Made by a program: the position numbers and the translations under genes. DNA of 64,000 bases from NCBI GenBank assembly GCA_951406725.2, contig OX597826.1, forward strand, positions 5,828,001-5,892,000, given 5' to 3'. The notes below the pieces were generated by a model. That model was not told the DNA's origin and made no database searches. It saw only the letters and a list, made by a program, of their open reading frames with translations. The stretch is from Octopus vulgaris. Its lineage: Eukaryota. Of this stretch, positions 38,386-52,583 are shown piece after piece (position 1 is the first letter of the stretch; each line of letters opens with the position of its first letter).

Positions 38386-41214
38386 AAGGATGTGTGTGTG
38401 TGTGTGTGTGAGTGTGTATGTATGTATATTTTTGAACATTTGTGTTTCATGTATGAATAAAATGGTAAAATCGGAGTATCGTTGAAATATTTAACCACTA
38501 CATGAGTTGAAGTGGAGCACACTTCTGTTATGAAGTTCTATAATCTATAAATAAGCAATATCTGAACTTAGATATAACTGCTTCCGTAACCTAAACTCTG
38601 TGAATCCTGTGGATTCTTGAACTTCCTTGTAAAGTCGTGTGATCTGAAAATTGAACTCATATTTGTTTTACCAAATGTTTCGCGCGTTCATCATTTTACA
38701 TATCGTGTTTACTGTCTTTGTTAAGCCTGTTGTCAGCCCACATGGAGAGTATCATTGCAAAGTCTTCTCGGATGGGATCAGCCTGTCGTTTTGTGTACCA
38801 TAATTAAGATTAAGCAATGTCTTGAGACGTACAATAGCTTTATGCTATAAAAGGCAACTAGGGACATTTCATGCGATCCATTATATTTTCCTCCAGCCAT
38901 TCTGTATTCTTTAACTGCAAAAACTTTAACTCATTTTTTCTTCCTAATACTCAGGAGGTATGATGACTTACTCTTTAGGACACTGGACATTACACTTAGC
39001 ATCATTTCGTTTAGCTCCTTACGTTCAAATTACATCCAAATCGAGTTTCATCTATTCGGAGTTGATAAAATAGCTACGAATCCTGCACTGGTGCGGAATT
39101 TTAGAGGAATCTACTGCCCACCTAACATTTCTGACCTCATACCAACATTTGTAACCATTATCTATAGTCGCACTAATACCTAATAGCAGAATTCAGACAA
39201 GGAATTTTAATAAAATTCAAATGTCTCAGTATTTGTCACTATATTGCTATCGATCAATTTCACACTCCATTATATTGGTAATTAGATATAATTAATATTA
39301 CTAATTTTTTCTCTTTGTGCTTCGTGATCAAAATTTGTTATTAAAATAATTTTTGTTCTCATAACTCCGGCTGTAATTTTATTTAAATTTGTTAGGTTTA
39401 CGTGCGATATCTTTATTGATAATTTTCCCTAAAGCAGACATTCGAGTGTAATTATCCCCGGTTATTCACTTAAACTATTATTCTACTCTGTATTTTTCTG
39501 TCTATAAAATATCTTTAGTTATTTGAAAATCTGGTAGTAACAATTCAATCATGCTTTGTTAAAGTGTTTTTGTTACTAACGAAACGCACTTGACATTAGC
39601 AACGAACTCGAATAGTCTTTCCATTTTATATAACACTCAGAGTTGTTTTTCCGAGATTATTAATGCAGATAAAAATGTTATTCTTTCATCATACAGGCAC
39701 ATTCAATTGCTTGTCATTTATACCTGAACTAAACTATGTAATTGATGTGAACACCGAATAAAACCTATAGTACCCTGAAGATCCAGATGCCATGTAAATT
39801 CAGATTCCAAAAATTTTCTCTCCACTGCTACTTTATTATGTCATTTACAGTTCTTTTCTCCATATGCAAAATTTAAACATTCTAATAATACCAAGAACTT
39901 TTCTGTTGATAGTTTCAATGACATCTCTGTAAATGTAAATGTAGTTTTGATAAGGGCCAGTTGCAACGCTAATTGCTTTGCATGAAAACAGATATTTTGT
40001 AACCAGCGCTCAGCATATGAGGTAACATGCTATAGTGTTACTATCCTCTGTTGGCTTACATTTGGTTACTCCTGTATCACAGGTAACTTGTTTCTGATTT
40101 ACACACAAGACCAGCAATTTTAAATAAATTTGTACTTGATACTTCTGAAAGAATTGCTTTACTTTATTGGTCCCGGTGGCATGAAAGGCAAAGCATACTG
40201 CCAATGTGTTTGGATGTAGAGCACAATGTGATGGAAGTAATTCCGTAGTATCTAACCATTCTGCCAACATATCGTCTTTTTATATTAGAAATAATTAACT
40301 TGGAAACGACATTAGCCTACATATTTCGGTAATTATAAACAGTATGGCCAATGGATATACATGAAATTATACATTATTCATATTTCATGAACTTATTTCT
40401 CATGCTGTATCAACATTTCTTTATAAACTCAAACACCCACCCATTCGCCCATTCATCTGTTTATAAGTGTATCACTTACCATTTAGAAAATCGAAGAAAT
40501 ATATTTCATTGGATAGGCTATTCTTACACCAAATGCAAAATTCCTACTAAGAGATTAAAACTGTTTACTGCAACAATTTTCTCATTTTCAGAATTCTACT
40601 CTAATCATTAAGTTGTCTGTTTGATATTTAGAAAACTTTTACAAGGTTGTGACCGTTTAAACACTTTAACTGTTATTCTAGATGCCCTGTCACACTGACC
40701 ACCAGTTACGCTGCCATTACCTGCAAAGTCCGCTGTAAAATATTCTAGAAACTATTTTATTAATGACTTTCTTTGGTCTTTCTTTTTGTTATCATGAGAT
40801 TACATTTTAAATGTAAACATTTATTTTTGTAGTAAGAGTACGTGTAATAAGTTCGCGTGACTTCCCTAATTGTTTCAGCACCAGATTTTTAATGAATTTT
40901 ATACGAATAGAAAATGCAAGAAATCGTGACGTGGATGTGATTGCAAGATGGTTTGATATCCATATAATTTACTTAAAAAACGGTTTGATTTAATTAAACG
41001 CTACGGGGCGTAAATTTAACGAAATGGCTCCAGCTGGAAATCAAAACTCCAACCTGGTTCCACTTGGTAGGGTGCTTATTTTCAGGTAAACAACACCCAC
41101 TTCCACTTCCGTATTACCAGATTATAAACAAAATAATTTCATAAGTGCTTAGCTAAATCATGTTCACATTGTCCAAATAGTTTGTCCACATTACATACCG
41201 GAAGAGAATGTATA

Positions 41215-41555
41215 CGAGGGTGTTCTGAAAGGTTCGTGGGTTTAAATGTGTCAAGAAAGGAATGGCTGGAGGCGTCGAGCTGGCAGAAACGTTAGCGCAC
41301 CGGGCGAAATGCTTTGTGATATTTCGTCCGCCGCTGCGTTCCGAGTTCAAATTCCGCCAAGGTCGACTTTGCCTTTCATCTTTTCGGGGTCGATAAATTA
41401 AGTACCAGTTACGCACTGGGGTCGATGTTATCGACTTAATCCGTTTGTCTGTCCTTGTTTGTCCCCTCTATGTTTAGCTCCCTGTAGACAATAAAAACAT
41501 AAGATAGGACAGGCTGGAGGCCCAAAATTCTGAGTTCTTTTACAGGGTTTAAAAG
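41215..41555 (+). mobile_element. Mariner MITE left part (family of the 14317 copy), interrupted by SINE A
   Basis: TA|cgagggtgttctgaaaggttcgtggg..., resuming as 'ggctggaggcccaaaattctgagttcttttacagggttta'. Confidence 0.7.
41270..41500 (+). mobile_element. SINE family A monomer
   Basis: Full head and young-type tail; flanked by aggaatggctgga / aggacaggctgga. Confidence 0.92.
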
Positions 41556-41564
41556 CAGTTCTAA

Positions 41565-42125
41565 ATTAAGGAGAAGCACGAAGGAAAAGTCTAACAACAG
41601 CATGGATCAATTCTAAGAAATCCTATGACATGATCCGACACTCATGAATACGTGAATATTTGAGTATATTTAGTATATCAGACAACATTAGAGAATTTAT
41701 TTGCTTTTGCATGAAGAAATTGAAAGTAGGTCTTAATCAGGTGCCAGGGTCTCAAGGAAAGTAAATATCAATTCAAGAATTTTCCAAGTGGATGCGTTAT
41801 CACCTTTAATATTTGTCGAAGGCATCAATCCTACGGGATTTTATGATTCAGTGCGACCATGAGCTTGAGAATAGGAAGCCGGACACAGTCTTATTTGAGA
41901 AAGAAAACAAACTATGCTGGGTCATAGACATAGCATGCTCAGCTGACAACAAGGTATGCGATAAGCAAGAAATAAAAGTCGAAAGATATGACAAGGTAGC
42001 GTGGAAAGTTAAGCAGTTGTGGTCGATGAAAAAATATAGCAGTAGTACAAATAATTGTGGGAAACCTGGGAACAGTGAGCAAAAGTCTCAATTACGTGGA
42101 ACAAATAGGGGCTGCAACAAGAGGG
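41565..42125 (+). mobile_element. R4/Dong subfamily 2 fragment: RT segment joined directly to the endonuclease segment
   Basis: AWINSKKSYDMIRHS*I..IFQVDALSPLIFV (RT motifs), then ILRDFMIQCDHELENRKPD..VIDIAC, which matches 50888-51180. Confidence 0.85.
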
Positions 42126-43514
42126 GCTTATAGCTACACACACACATATTTGTATGTGTGTGTATGTAAATATTTGTATGTGTATAATTATAAGGATGTA
42201 TGTGCGGTTGTGTGTCCCACTGCGCATCACAACTGTACTTTTGCTTTTATTTAAGCCGTCATGCGAAAGATACGGTGAGAAAATGCGTTAGTCTTAAAAT
42301 AGTCCTGGGTTTGCTTCGAACCTTTCTCCCTTGTTTTGCTATATGATTGTTTATTATAAAGGTGTCCTGCCAATATAGAAAGCCAAGGTATAATGTTTCA
42401 TTCTTCGAATTGAAATAATCAAGTAAAATAGTTTAAAATGTGAAATATCGTTAACTATTTTGCAATCATTTACTTTCAATTTTTTTTTTTTGATGTAGGA
42501 GTCTGGAGAGAGAATGAAATTCTAAAGTATCTTTCAGTTGATTAAACATACCATATTTAATATTTAATTTTAAATTTCTTTTTTACTCCGTTTTAAATAG
42601 ATCCATCGTATCACTAAGAAAGATTAGGAGATTTTATTAACTAGATTCTGTTATAAAATAATAAATAGAATTATCATAAAATTTATTTCAAAACATTTTT
42701 AAATACGTATAAAAATCTTAAGAATTTATAAAAAAAAATGTTCAGGGGACAAAATAATTTATAGTTGAATATCGTGTTATCTTAGAGTACTTTAAAATGG
42801 AATTTAATAAATATTTAAATAACTTGCTTGACAGTCACACAATAAATTTTACTGGAGATTTAATCAGCTAAATGTTATGTGTTGCACATTGCATTCAAAC
42901 AAATTCACTTAGACTATTAACAATTAATTAATAGAATTTTCGAAAAAAATATAATTCTGTTTATTTTCATCTTATTTTATTTAAATTTTGTTTCCCAAAT
43001 GCCTCAAAATTTTAAAGAAAAATAGTTATAGGAAATAGTGTATTTTGGATTTCTGATATTTATCGCAAAGCAATTATGCTTATTGACTTAGTGCTTTAGT
43101 AATTTCGTTACATCAAGTCTATGGAATATTGCTATACATCTCAACAAAGTAATTATGCATACGTAACAGTTTAGTTACAAATACTAATGGAACGCATATG
43201 CACATACAAATCATTATGCATGCACATACATATTTGAAATTATGTAGTCTCAAATAATCTCTTAAATGTGTGCAATCATAATTGCATATGTAAATTTTCT
43301 ATTCATAAACACGATCACACACACATACACTCACACTCACACACACACACACACAAATATTTAAGCACATATACAGACAGATATTTTTGTACGTATATAT
43401 GTATATATGTACGTGAAAGAATATATTTATATATATATATATAGGTTTGTACATACATATATTCATAAGTAAACATATACATACATTCATACCCACATAC
43501 ACACATACACACAC

Positions 43515-43559
<45 letters not shown>

Positions 43560-44799
43560 TATACATATATATTCACCGATATAAATTCATTCACGTACAC
43601 GTAAAAGTACAAGCGTGACAAGCACTCACATCGTTCATATAGATATATACGCACACATAAATACATCATTAATTATATTAAATTGCTAATTATACATTCC
43701 TGATTTACGATACGTAACCGAAAAATCAAATGAATTAGGATATGTTAATTTGATTATGTAATGTACCTTTTTGAATTTCAATAATCAAAATTGAATATAA
43801 TTATTTACTCATTAATTTTAATAATATCATTTTCAGTAAAAATTCATTTTGGCGTGTATTTGTCTTTTCTTTACATTTAAAATTTTTGTTATTTCCCCCC
43901 TTCATATCGGATATGTGTTTTATGATTTTTTAAAATTGTTTTTAATTATAAAAATTGATTTGCATCCGTGTCATGTGTATTTGTTAAGTTTTAATGGATT
44001 GACACATCTGTTCTTGTTATAACGTATGAAAGAGAGACTTAAATATGCATTTATAGCCATTATACCGTAAATCACGTAAAAATATATAAATTATATAAAA
44101 ACTATACAAAAAAATGCAAACATTATTCTGCTTTCAGATCTTTGGGAAAGTTTTCGTATTTTTGATATTTAGAAACAGGTTTGACACGTTGTAAATGTTA
44201 ACTAATTAGTGTTTGATATGAAGATTTTTAGCAATTTGTTTATTTCCAATCTAGCTCTCTCTTAAAACGCACAACCGTTCTCTATCTCAAACACTCTGAA
44301 TTTCTCTGTTATTTATTTTTTTTAAGTTCTCGCTCTTTTTCTCCAGCGTTCTGTTTCTCCCCTTCTCTCTCCATTTCTTCCTCTCTAATGACAAATTTAT
44401 GGTGTGACAAATTGCAAATTACTAAGTAGCTGAAAATGCATCACTCATTTTGTTATTTGCTTTTTCGTTAGAGAGGAGTCGCTGTCCAACAAAGACAACT
44501 CAAATATCGATAGTTATTTAGCGATTTCAATATTTCTATCTTTTTAACTCCTGAAGCAGCTGATGTGTTTGTCTTTCTTTCTCATTTTATAAACCTGAAA
44601 TACAAATGTTGAAATCGGGTTTCGATTTTAGTACATGGCAATATGAAACAAGAAAATGTCGACGAAATTAGTTCTTTGCAATCCATATTCATACATTTAA
44701 AAATAAAATATACAAAGTGTGCCGTGGCTCGTTAGTAAAATGAAATACAGAAGTGTACACCAGTTCACGTAATTTTCCTAAACTAAGTAATATTTCTTT

Positions 44800-45139
44800 T
44801 TTTTTTCTTTCAGTGATTTGACTGCGGCCATGGTGTCAAATCAAAGCCAGGACTTATTCTTTGTAAGCCGAGTACTTATTCCATCGATATATTTAGCCGA
44901 ACTGCTAGCATCAGTCGTCAAGCGATGGTGGGTGGACAAACACAGAGACATACACACTCATATATATATAATATATATATGACGGCTTCTTTCAATTTCT
45001 ATCTACCAAATCCACTCACAAGGCTTTTGTCGGCCCGAGGCTACAGCAGAAAACAGTTGCCCAAAGCACCACGCAGTGGGACAGAACCCGCAGCCATGTG
45101 GTTGGAAATAAAGCATCGTATCACACAGACACTACTGCG

Positions 45140-45141
<2 letters not shown>
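44800..45141 (-). mobile_element. SINE family B with internal deletions
   Basis: Colinear with 12595-12985. Confidence 0.9.
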
Positions 45142-45176
<35 letters not shown>

Positions 45177-45527
45177 AAATAAGCAGCAAGGATTCAGTTT
45201 CTTTTTTCAGGTGTTCGTTCCTCAGCCACACCCAATGTGTTATTCTTTTGACTTCGATGATGCTCTGCGTGTTGCATAAGTTGGTAATTTTTTTCCTTCA
45301 TTTCCTTGTAATTTGTCATTTTGTATATTCTTCTGTTATTGAAAATCCTAATGATTCTGTAAATCTTCGGATACTTTAAACCGCCGATAGTTTTTCTGTT
45401 TTCACTTTATACATCATAATTTTACAAATGCAATATCGCGGGATGAGGCTGACGGTAATTCAATGATACGCATTGTGCACTGTGAGCAGCCACCCCAATG
45501 TTTCTAAACCCAAAGAACACTTTCTCC

Positions 45528-46030
45528 TTTGTTGTTGTTGTTGTTGTTGTTGTTTTTGTTCATCTTCTTCATCTTCTTCTTCTTCTTCTTCTTCTTCTTC
45601 TTTTTCTTCTTCTTCTTCTTCTTCTTCTTCTTCTTCATCGTCTTCTTCTTCTTCTTCTTCTTCATCCTCTTCTTCTTCTTCTTCTTCTTCTTCTTCTTCT
45701 TCCTCTTCCTCTTCCTCTTTATCTTCTTCTTCTTCTTCTTCTTCATCTTCTTCTTCTTCTTCTTCTTCTTCTTCTTCTTCTTCTTCTTCTGCTTCTTTTC
45801 TTTCTCCTTCTTGTAGTTTTTGTTGCTGTTGTCGTCGTCATTGTCATCGTTATCATCGTGGCCGTCATCACCACCTTCACCACTACCACCACCCTCATCA
45901 TCACCACGATTCTCTTCGTCATCCTGTTATCATTTTTGCTATTATAATTAATATTATCGGTATCATTACTGTATTATCATTTTATCATTATTTTCATCAC
46001 GGCTATCATTATTATCGTCAGCAAACATCA
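45528..46030. repeat. Compound triplet array (TTG)/(TTC) decaying into (TCA)/(CAC)-like sequence
   Basis: Directly visible. Confidence 0.9.
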
Positions 46031-46284
46031 TTATTATATAACATTCAAATACAGGCCCACGTAATATAGTAAAAAACTAAAAATAAAAATAAAGAGCCAA
46101 TATAGAGAAACATTGTCTGAGATATAGATAATCCTCCTACTAGGATGTAGATGTACTTTAAGGATTAAAGAAAGATTGACAACTTCGATAGAATCCAGTT
46201 GTTGTTACACTTAAAAGCTTACAACCTTACTTCACGTTTATGATGGCCACCCGTTAAATTTTCAATTTTACACTGTGACATATA

Positions 46285-46630
46285 CTTTTTTACTCTTTTA
46301 CTTGTTTCAGTCATTTGACTGCGGCCATTCTGGAGCACCGCCTTTAGTCGAGCAAATCGAACCCTTTGGACTTATTCTTTGTAAGCCCAGTACTTATTCT
46401 ATCGGTCTCTTTTGCCGAACCGCTAAGTGACGGGGACGTAAACACACGAGCATTGGTTGTCAAGCAATGCTAGGGGGACAAACACAGACACACAAACACA
46501 CACACACATACATATATATATATACATATATACGACAGGCTTCTTTTAGTTTCCGTCTACCAAATCCACTCACAAGGCATTGGTCGACCCGGGGCTATAG
46601 CAGAAGACACTTGCCCAAGATGCTACGCAT
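46285..46630 (-). mobile_element. SINE family B, 5'-truncated
   Basis: Complete tail and body; ends at 'acttgcccaagatgctacgca'. Confidence 0.92.
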
Positions 46631-46741
46631 ATGTTAATGTTATTTTCCTTAATGCTGCTGTGATTGTCATTGTTAGTCTTGTTGCATCAGAAGATTCAAA
46701 GTACGTGGTACTCCGATCTTTCTAGTATTTGCTTATCCCAG

Positions 46742-47009
46742 TTTGTAAATTGGGTTTGCGTCGGTTTCAACGATGAGTGATCCCATGTTCAATGTAATAC
46801 ACTCTGTGTTTACTGGATCGGCATGGAAATGGCTAAACATTGCCCTGAGACACGTGGATGAATTTCATTTTGTAAATTGGATGTTCGTCGGTTTCAACGA
46901 TGCGTGATCCCATCTTCAATAAAATACACTGTGTGGTTATTTGATTGGCTGTCAAGTGACTAAACATTGCCCAGAGATATGTGTAATTTGAATCTTTGTC
47001 GGTTTCAAC
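46742..47009. repeat. Tandem repeat, 127-bp period, two copies plus a partial third
   Basis: 'gtcggtttcaac' at 46760, 46887 and 46998; the first two units share 'gtgatcccat.ttcaat..aatacact.tgtg' and 'ctaaacattgccc'. Confidence 0.85.
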
Positions 47010-47429
47010 AATTTCTTTCGCTGACCCGTGGTTGTATTACCCAGAATCTCGAAATGACGAAGTACAATTCTTAACCTCACGTGGTATTTTTCTTCATATT
47101 TCGTTCACACTAACTGTAACGCCTTACAATAAAGAAAGAAAGTGCCGTTCAAAATATGACATTACCATGCAGAATTTGAACTTAGAATGTAAAGATAGAC
47201 GAAATGCCGTAAAGCATTTTGTGCGATGCAGTACACATGTTGTCCGTTTGCCACCGCTTCTAAAAATTTACACTGGTGACTTCTATATTGGTAAAACTCG
47301 TCAGATAAGTTAAACAAATATGTACTAGTAATTCTGATAAATGTAGCTGGTAAAGCAAAATTTGTATGGTTTTCGCCATCCATAGAGACAGAGAAGCTGA
47401 ATACCTGCTATCATTATATACGACATGAA

Positions 47430-47730
47430 GGCGGCGATTCGGCACAAACGTTAACATACCGGAAGAAATGCTTAGCAGTATTTTGTCTGTCTTTATGTTC
47501 TGAATTCAAATTCCGCCGAGGTCGACTTTGTCTTTCATCCTTTAAGTGGCGATAATTTAAGTACCAGTTGTGTACTAGGGTCGATCTAAAATTTTAGACC
47601 CTGTGCCTACAGCAGAAAGGTGTATCATAGTTTCTAGGTCGATGGAAAAAAATACCATTCAAGTTATGAGGTCGATATAATCGACGAACTTCTACTTCTA
47701 AAATTGCTGGCCTTGTCTCAAAATTTGAAA
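47430..47730 (+). mobile_element. SINE family A plus an adjoining older A tail
   Basis: 'ggcggcgattcggcacaaacgttaac...aaattccgccgaggtcgactttg'; a second tail 'aaaattgctggccttgtctcaaaatttgaaa'. Confidence 0.85.
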
Positions 47731-48150
47731 TAAGCAATTATGAAATGTTTTGAATCTAGTATATATACATGCACACACACACACACGGGTGCGCATAAAG
47801 CCGTGTGCGTACGCGCCCGTGTAAACGCAAACATCATCTGCATACACATACATATTAATTAACATATTTAGGTTACTCCCGACCGCTGAGTGTCAGAATA
47901 GATCTCTTTAATGATTCTCACGCACACTCAGTACCAACGACATAGAAACAAGTTCAATGATAAATAAAGATTAGTGGAGGAAATCGTCGACAAAAATAGT
48001 CGGAAATAGAAAGCATGAGATTCTTAAGACCTCGCTGTGATCTCAATGTATACATTTCTATTTTCTGGTTTTCATCCGTTCCTTTTTCAATCCCCCACGA
48101 ACACTGTTAGCATATATGTATGCACATAAGTATGCCTTTATATATGCACG

Positions 48151-48249
<99 letters not shown>

Positions 48250-48294
48250 TATATATATATACATATGTGCGCATATATATATATGTATGTATGT

Positions 48295-48382
<88 letters not shown>

Positions 48383-48426
48383 GCATAAATATATTATACG
48401 TATATCTACACATAAACACTCACACA

Positions 48427-48466
<40 letters not shown>

Positions 48467-48585
48467 CATATATATACGTGTGTATCTGTATGTGTGTGCA
48501 TATGTATGTACATCTATTGTTTTCCCGCCCTGTCTGTGTCGCTCCGTCTTTACACACACTCACATATATATATGCACACATACAC

Positions 48586-48626
<41 letters not shown>

Positions 48627-49236
48627 ATTATTGCTGTACATACGCGCACACACACACACACAACCATGCACACCCATATACACAGAAGCACAGACTCACA
48701 GACACACACATACACATATATAAAATCCAAACCACAATCATCAGAGTTCATTTGCAATTTATTGATTCTTTTATCTACTTCAGTCACACAAGTCACCATT
48801 TTAAATCAGCACATCGATCCGCAATCACATATTCAGCTCAATAATCTCTGCTGGTGCTATGATTTTTAATACAATTCGAAGGACTGAAATTGTCTTGAGC
48901 TAAGAATGAGAAACAATTAAATTTGTTATCTCCTGTTTCCTTGTTGCATGCCGTCTATTCATATTTTCGATTACAGAATTATATAGTCACATAAGCAAAA
49001 GCATTTTATTGCCACATATTTACCCAAGGTTTAAGTCTAGCGACCTTCCTTTATTGCATAGAAAATCTTCATTTCTTATACAATTGCGTCCATTAATCCT
49101 TAAATTGAATTAGATATCTGTTAAATTTCATTCCCTTCCGCTTCGCTTCATATTCTTATAAAATTATTTCTCTTAAGCTTCTCTCCTTTTACTAGAGTTT
49201 ACAATACAGCCAAACAACAGCGCATCTACCCACGCC

Positions 49237-49385
49237 TCTTCTTCTTCTTCTTCTTCTTCTTCTTCTTCTTCTTCTTCTTCTTCTTCTTCTTCTTCTTCTT
49301 CTTCTTCTTCGTATTCTTCTTCTTCTTCTTCTTCTTCTTCTTCTCCTCCTCCTCCCCCTCCTCTTATTTCTTCTTCTTCTTCTCT

Positions 49386-49457
<72 letters not shown>

Positions 49458-49513
49458 ATTATTATCATTCTTGTTCTTCTCCTCCTTCTAATTCTTGTTC
49501 TTCATCTTCTTCT

Positions 49514-49558
<45 letters not shown>

Positions 49559-49698
49559 TCTTCTTCTTATTATTATTATTATTATTGTCCCCATCATCCT
49601 GAACCTCCTGCGCACTGGCCTTCCCCACCTCATCAGCGTCATTGCCCTTATCAGACCCGGAGCCTCAACTTGGTATAGTGAAGTGCTACAAAAATTAG

Positions 49699-49754
<56 letters not shown>

Positions 49755-49807
49755 GCTGCTGCTGCTTCTGCTGCTGCTGTTTCTGCTGCAACTACTACTT
49801 CCACTTC

Positions 49808-49859
<52 letters not shown>

Positions 49860-49881
49860 CATAATAATAATAATAATAATA
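49237..49881. repeat. Compound triplet array (TTC)/(TTA)/(TAA)/(TAC)/(TGC)
   Basis: Directly visible; ends in (TAA)n abutting the Dong element. Confidence 0.93.
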
Positions 49882-51323
49882 AAAACTTTATGGTAAAGAT
49901 GAAGCCCAAATCAGTTCCCTCGTTGAGACGGTGTGTACCTTCAGTGCTGATATCAGAATGAAGTTCAGATTGGGAAAGTGTGATGTGTTAGTCTTGAAAA
50001 GAGGCAAAATCAAATGTATGGATGGGCTAACGATACCGTCAGGGGAGAGAGTGAAGCAGATAGAAGAGAGTCGGGGACATTGGAAATGGATAAATTGATG
50101 AAGAAAAATGACAGAAAAATGGTGGAGTACTTGCGCAGACTGAGGTTCATACATAATTCGAAATTAAACGGATGGAATAATATCGAAGCTATCAACGCCT
50201 GGACGGTTTCACTCCTTAGATATGGGTAATCGAGTGGACAGTAGACGAACGGCTTAGACCGAAAGACAAGGCAGTTGCTAAGTAGATATGGGTCACTCCA
50301 CTCAAAAAGTGACACAGAGAGACTGTATGTACCAAGGAAAAGAGGGAGAAGGGACTTATTGAATGCGAACATAGTATTAGATCAGAAGAAAACAACATAG
50401 CATGGTGTGTAAAAAATGCCACAGAACCGCTATTTTTAGAAGTAAGAAGGTCAAGCTTGTGTAGGATGAAAGATTGCAAAGATAAAGCACTATACAAGAA
50501 ATTGAAAACGAATTCAAACTTAAAATAAGTGGGTAAAGAAAAGAATGCATGGTCAAATGTTAAAGATAAGACAGAAAGAGAAAAAGATGACTGTGGATGA
50601 CTGAAATTGATTTAAAGCCGGAAACGAAGGCTCGAATATCTGCTGCCCAAGAGCAAGCACTAAGAACCAACTACATAAAATACAGAATAGACAATACAGC
50701 AGAAAGTGATAAGTGCAGAATCTATAGAAAAAAATGTACGCCTCTAGCTCAGAAGGAATATAAGAGACGTCACGACAATACAGCCAGGCTTGTCCATTGG
50801 ACACTCTTCAAAAAGTATGGACTTGACAGAGCAAAAAATCGGTATGATCACAAATCTCAAAGCATCGTCGAAAATAGAAATGAAAAGATCCTATGGGATT
50901 TTATGATTCAGTGCGATCTTGAGATAAAGAAAAGGAAGCCAGGCATAGCCTTGAGAAAGAAAACAAAATATGCTGGATCATAGATATAGCATGCCCAACT
51001 GACAGGGTATGCGATAAGGAAGAAAGGAAAGTTGAGGGATATGATAGGTTAGCTTGGGAAGTTAAGTAGTTGTGGTCGATGAAAAAGGTATGAGTAGTAC
51101 CAATAATTGTCGGAGCCCTGGGAACAGAGAACAAAAATCTCGAGAAATACGTGGAACAAATAGGGGCTGCAATAAGGGTGGAGCACTTGCAGAAAACAGC
51201 ACTGCTTCGAGTCGCTAGAATACTCCGTAAGATGTTCGAAAGGTAAGATGTGTTACATAAGTTCACTGGCAGTGAACAGCTGACTCTGTACTACATCTCG
51301 AGCGTTAGAAGCTGTGCAAAGGC
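49882..51323 (+). mobile_element. 5'-truncated R4/Dong-clade non-LTR retrotransposon (subfamily 2), pseudogenised
   Basis: KLYGKDE..FSADIRMKFRLGKC (just after the RT YxDD motif), AINAWTVSLLRYG, KSDTERLYVPR, AAQEQALRTNY, KCRI, KRRHD, ILWDFMIQCD..IIDIACP, QKTALL..ARILRK; (TAA)n on both flanks. Confidence 0.92.
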
Positions 51324-51329
51324 AATAAC

Positions 51330-51391
<62 letters not shown>

Positions 51392-51393
<2 letters not shown>

Positions 51394-51605
51394 TTTCAAA
51401 TTTTGTCACAACGGCAGCAATTTTGGTGGAGTAGAGGGGTCAGTTACATTAGTCCCAGTTTTCAACTGATACTTAATTTATGAATCCGAGAAAGAATGAA
51501 AAGCGAAGTCGAACTTGGTGGAATTTGAACGCAGAACGCATCGACGGACGAAATGCTGCTAAGAATTTCGACCATCGTGCTAACGATTCGGCCAGTTCGC
51601 CGACT
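51392..51605 (-). mobile_element. SINE family A (older tail type)
   Basis: 'aagtcgaacttggtggaatttgaacgcagaacg...cgtgctaacgattcggccagttcgcc'. Confidence 0.85.
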
Positions 51606-51648
51606 TCAATACTACTACTACTACTACTACTACTACTACCACTACTAC

Positions 51649-51766
<118 letters not shown>

Positions 51767-52307
51767 TAGTGTAATATCAATAATATAAGGTCGCTGAGAT
51801 GGATTCCATAAGTATATGAAACCACACTTTATGTAAGAAAAGAAAACCCAATCTATTTGTATTTAGAAGTAGTCTGCTGCTTAGTGAAAATGCTTGAATC
51901 CTTTCGTATTTCAGTAACCATGGCGATGTAGATGAATTCAAATACTTAATGTGTCAATTCATATAATTTCTAAATCGTACGTTTTAAGAATTTCTCATAA
52001 GTTGTCGTACATTTATCAAACTGTCTGCTATATTGTACAAGTGAAAAAGAAAGCTCACATATTAAGAATAAGCGCAGACAACTTAATTACATCAGAGCGT
52101 ATAAAGCGATCAAGACTTGCCTTTATCGAGCAGCCAGCTAATGGTTAGATATTTGACTAAACTATCAGATGTTTTATACACCGGACTCTATGTTCAGTAT
52201 TACCTTTAGGTTTTGAGACAGCAGTATGTGACTTGAGGGATATGTGCTTTATATTTCACACAGGGAATTCAAAAATGTGTAGCTTTTCCGGGAGGTTTAT
52301 GAGGTAT

Positions 52308-52583
52308 TTTTATGCGCCCTTTACAAGCCTAGCCAGGCTAATGGGCCCGTTTTCCCGGTTTCTGTGGCGTATGTGTTCCTCCCAGCTGGACAGGACGCCA
52401 GTCCATCGCAGCGTTACTCAAGAAACAGGAAGAAAGAGTGAGAGAAAGTTGGGGTGAAAGAGTACAACAGGGGTCGCCACCACCCCCTGCCGGAGCCTCG
52501 TGGAGCTTTAGGTCTGGGAATCGACACCGCGATCCTCTGACCGCGAGTCCGCTGCCCTAACCACTAGGCCATTTCGCCTCCAC
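52308..52583 (-). mobile_element. SINE family C with a third tail type and TSD
   Basis: Minus strand has the C head then 'gctgcgatggactggcgtcctgtccagctgg..acagaaaccggg'; TSD tta(t/a)gaggtat at 52297-52307 and 52584-52594. Confidence 0.9.
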
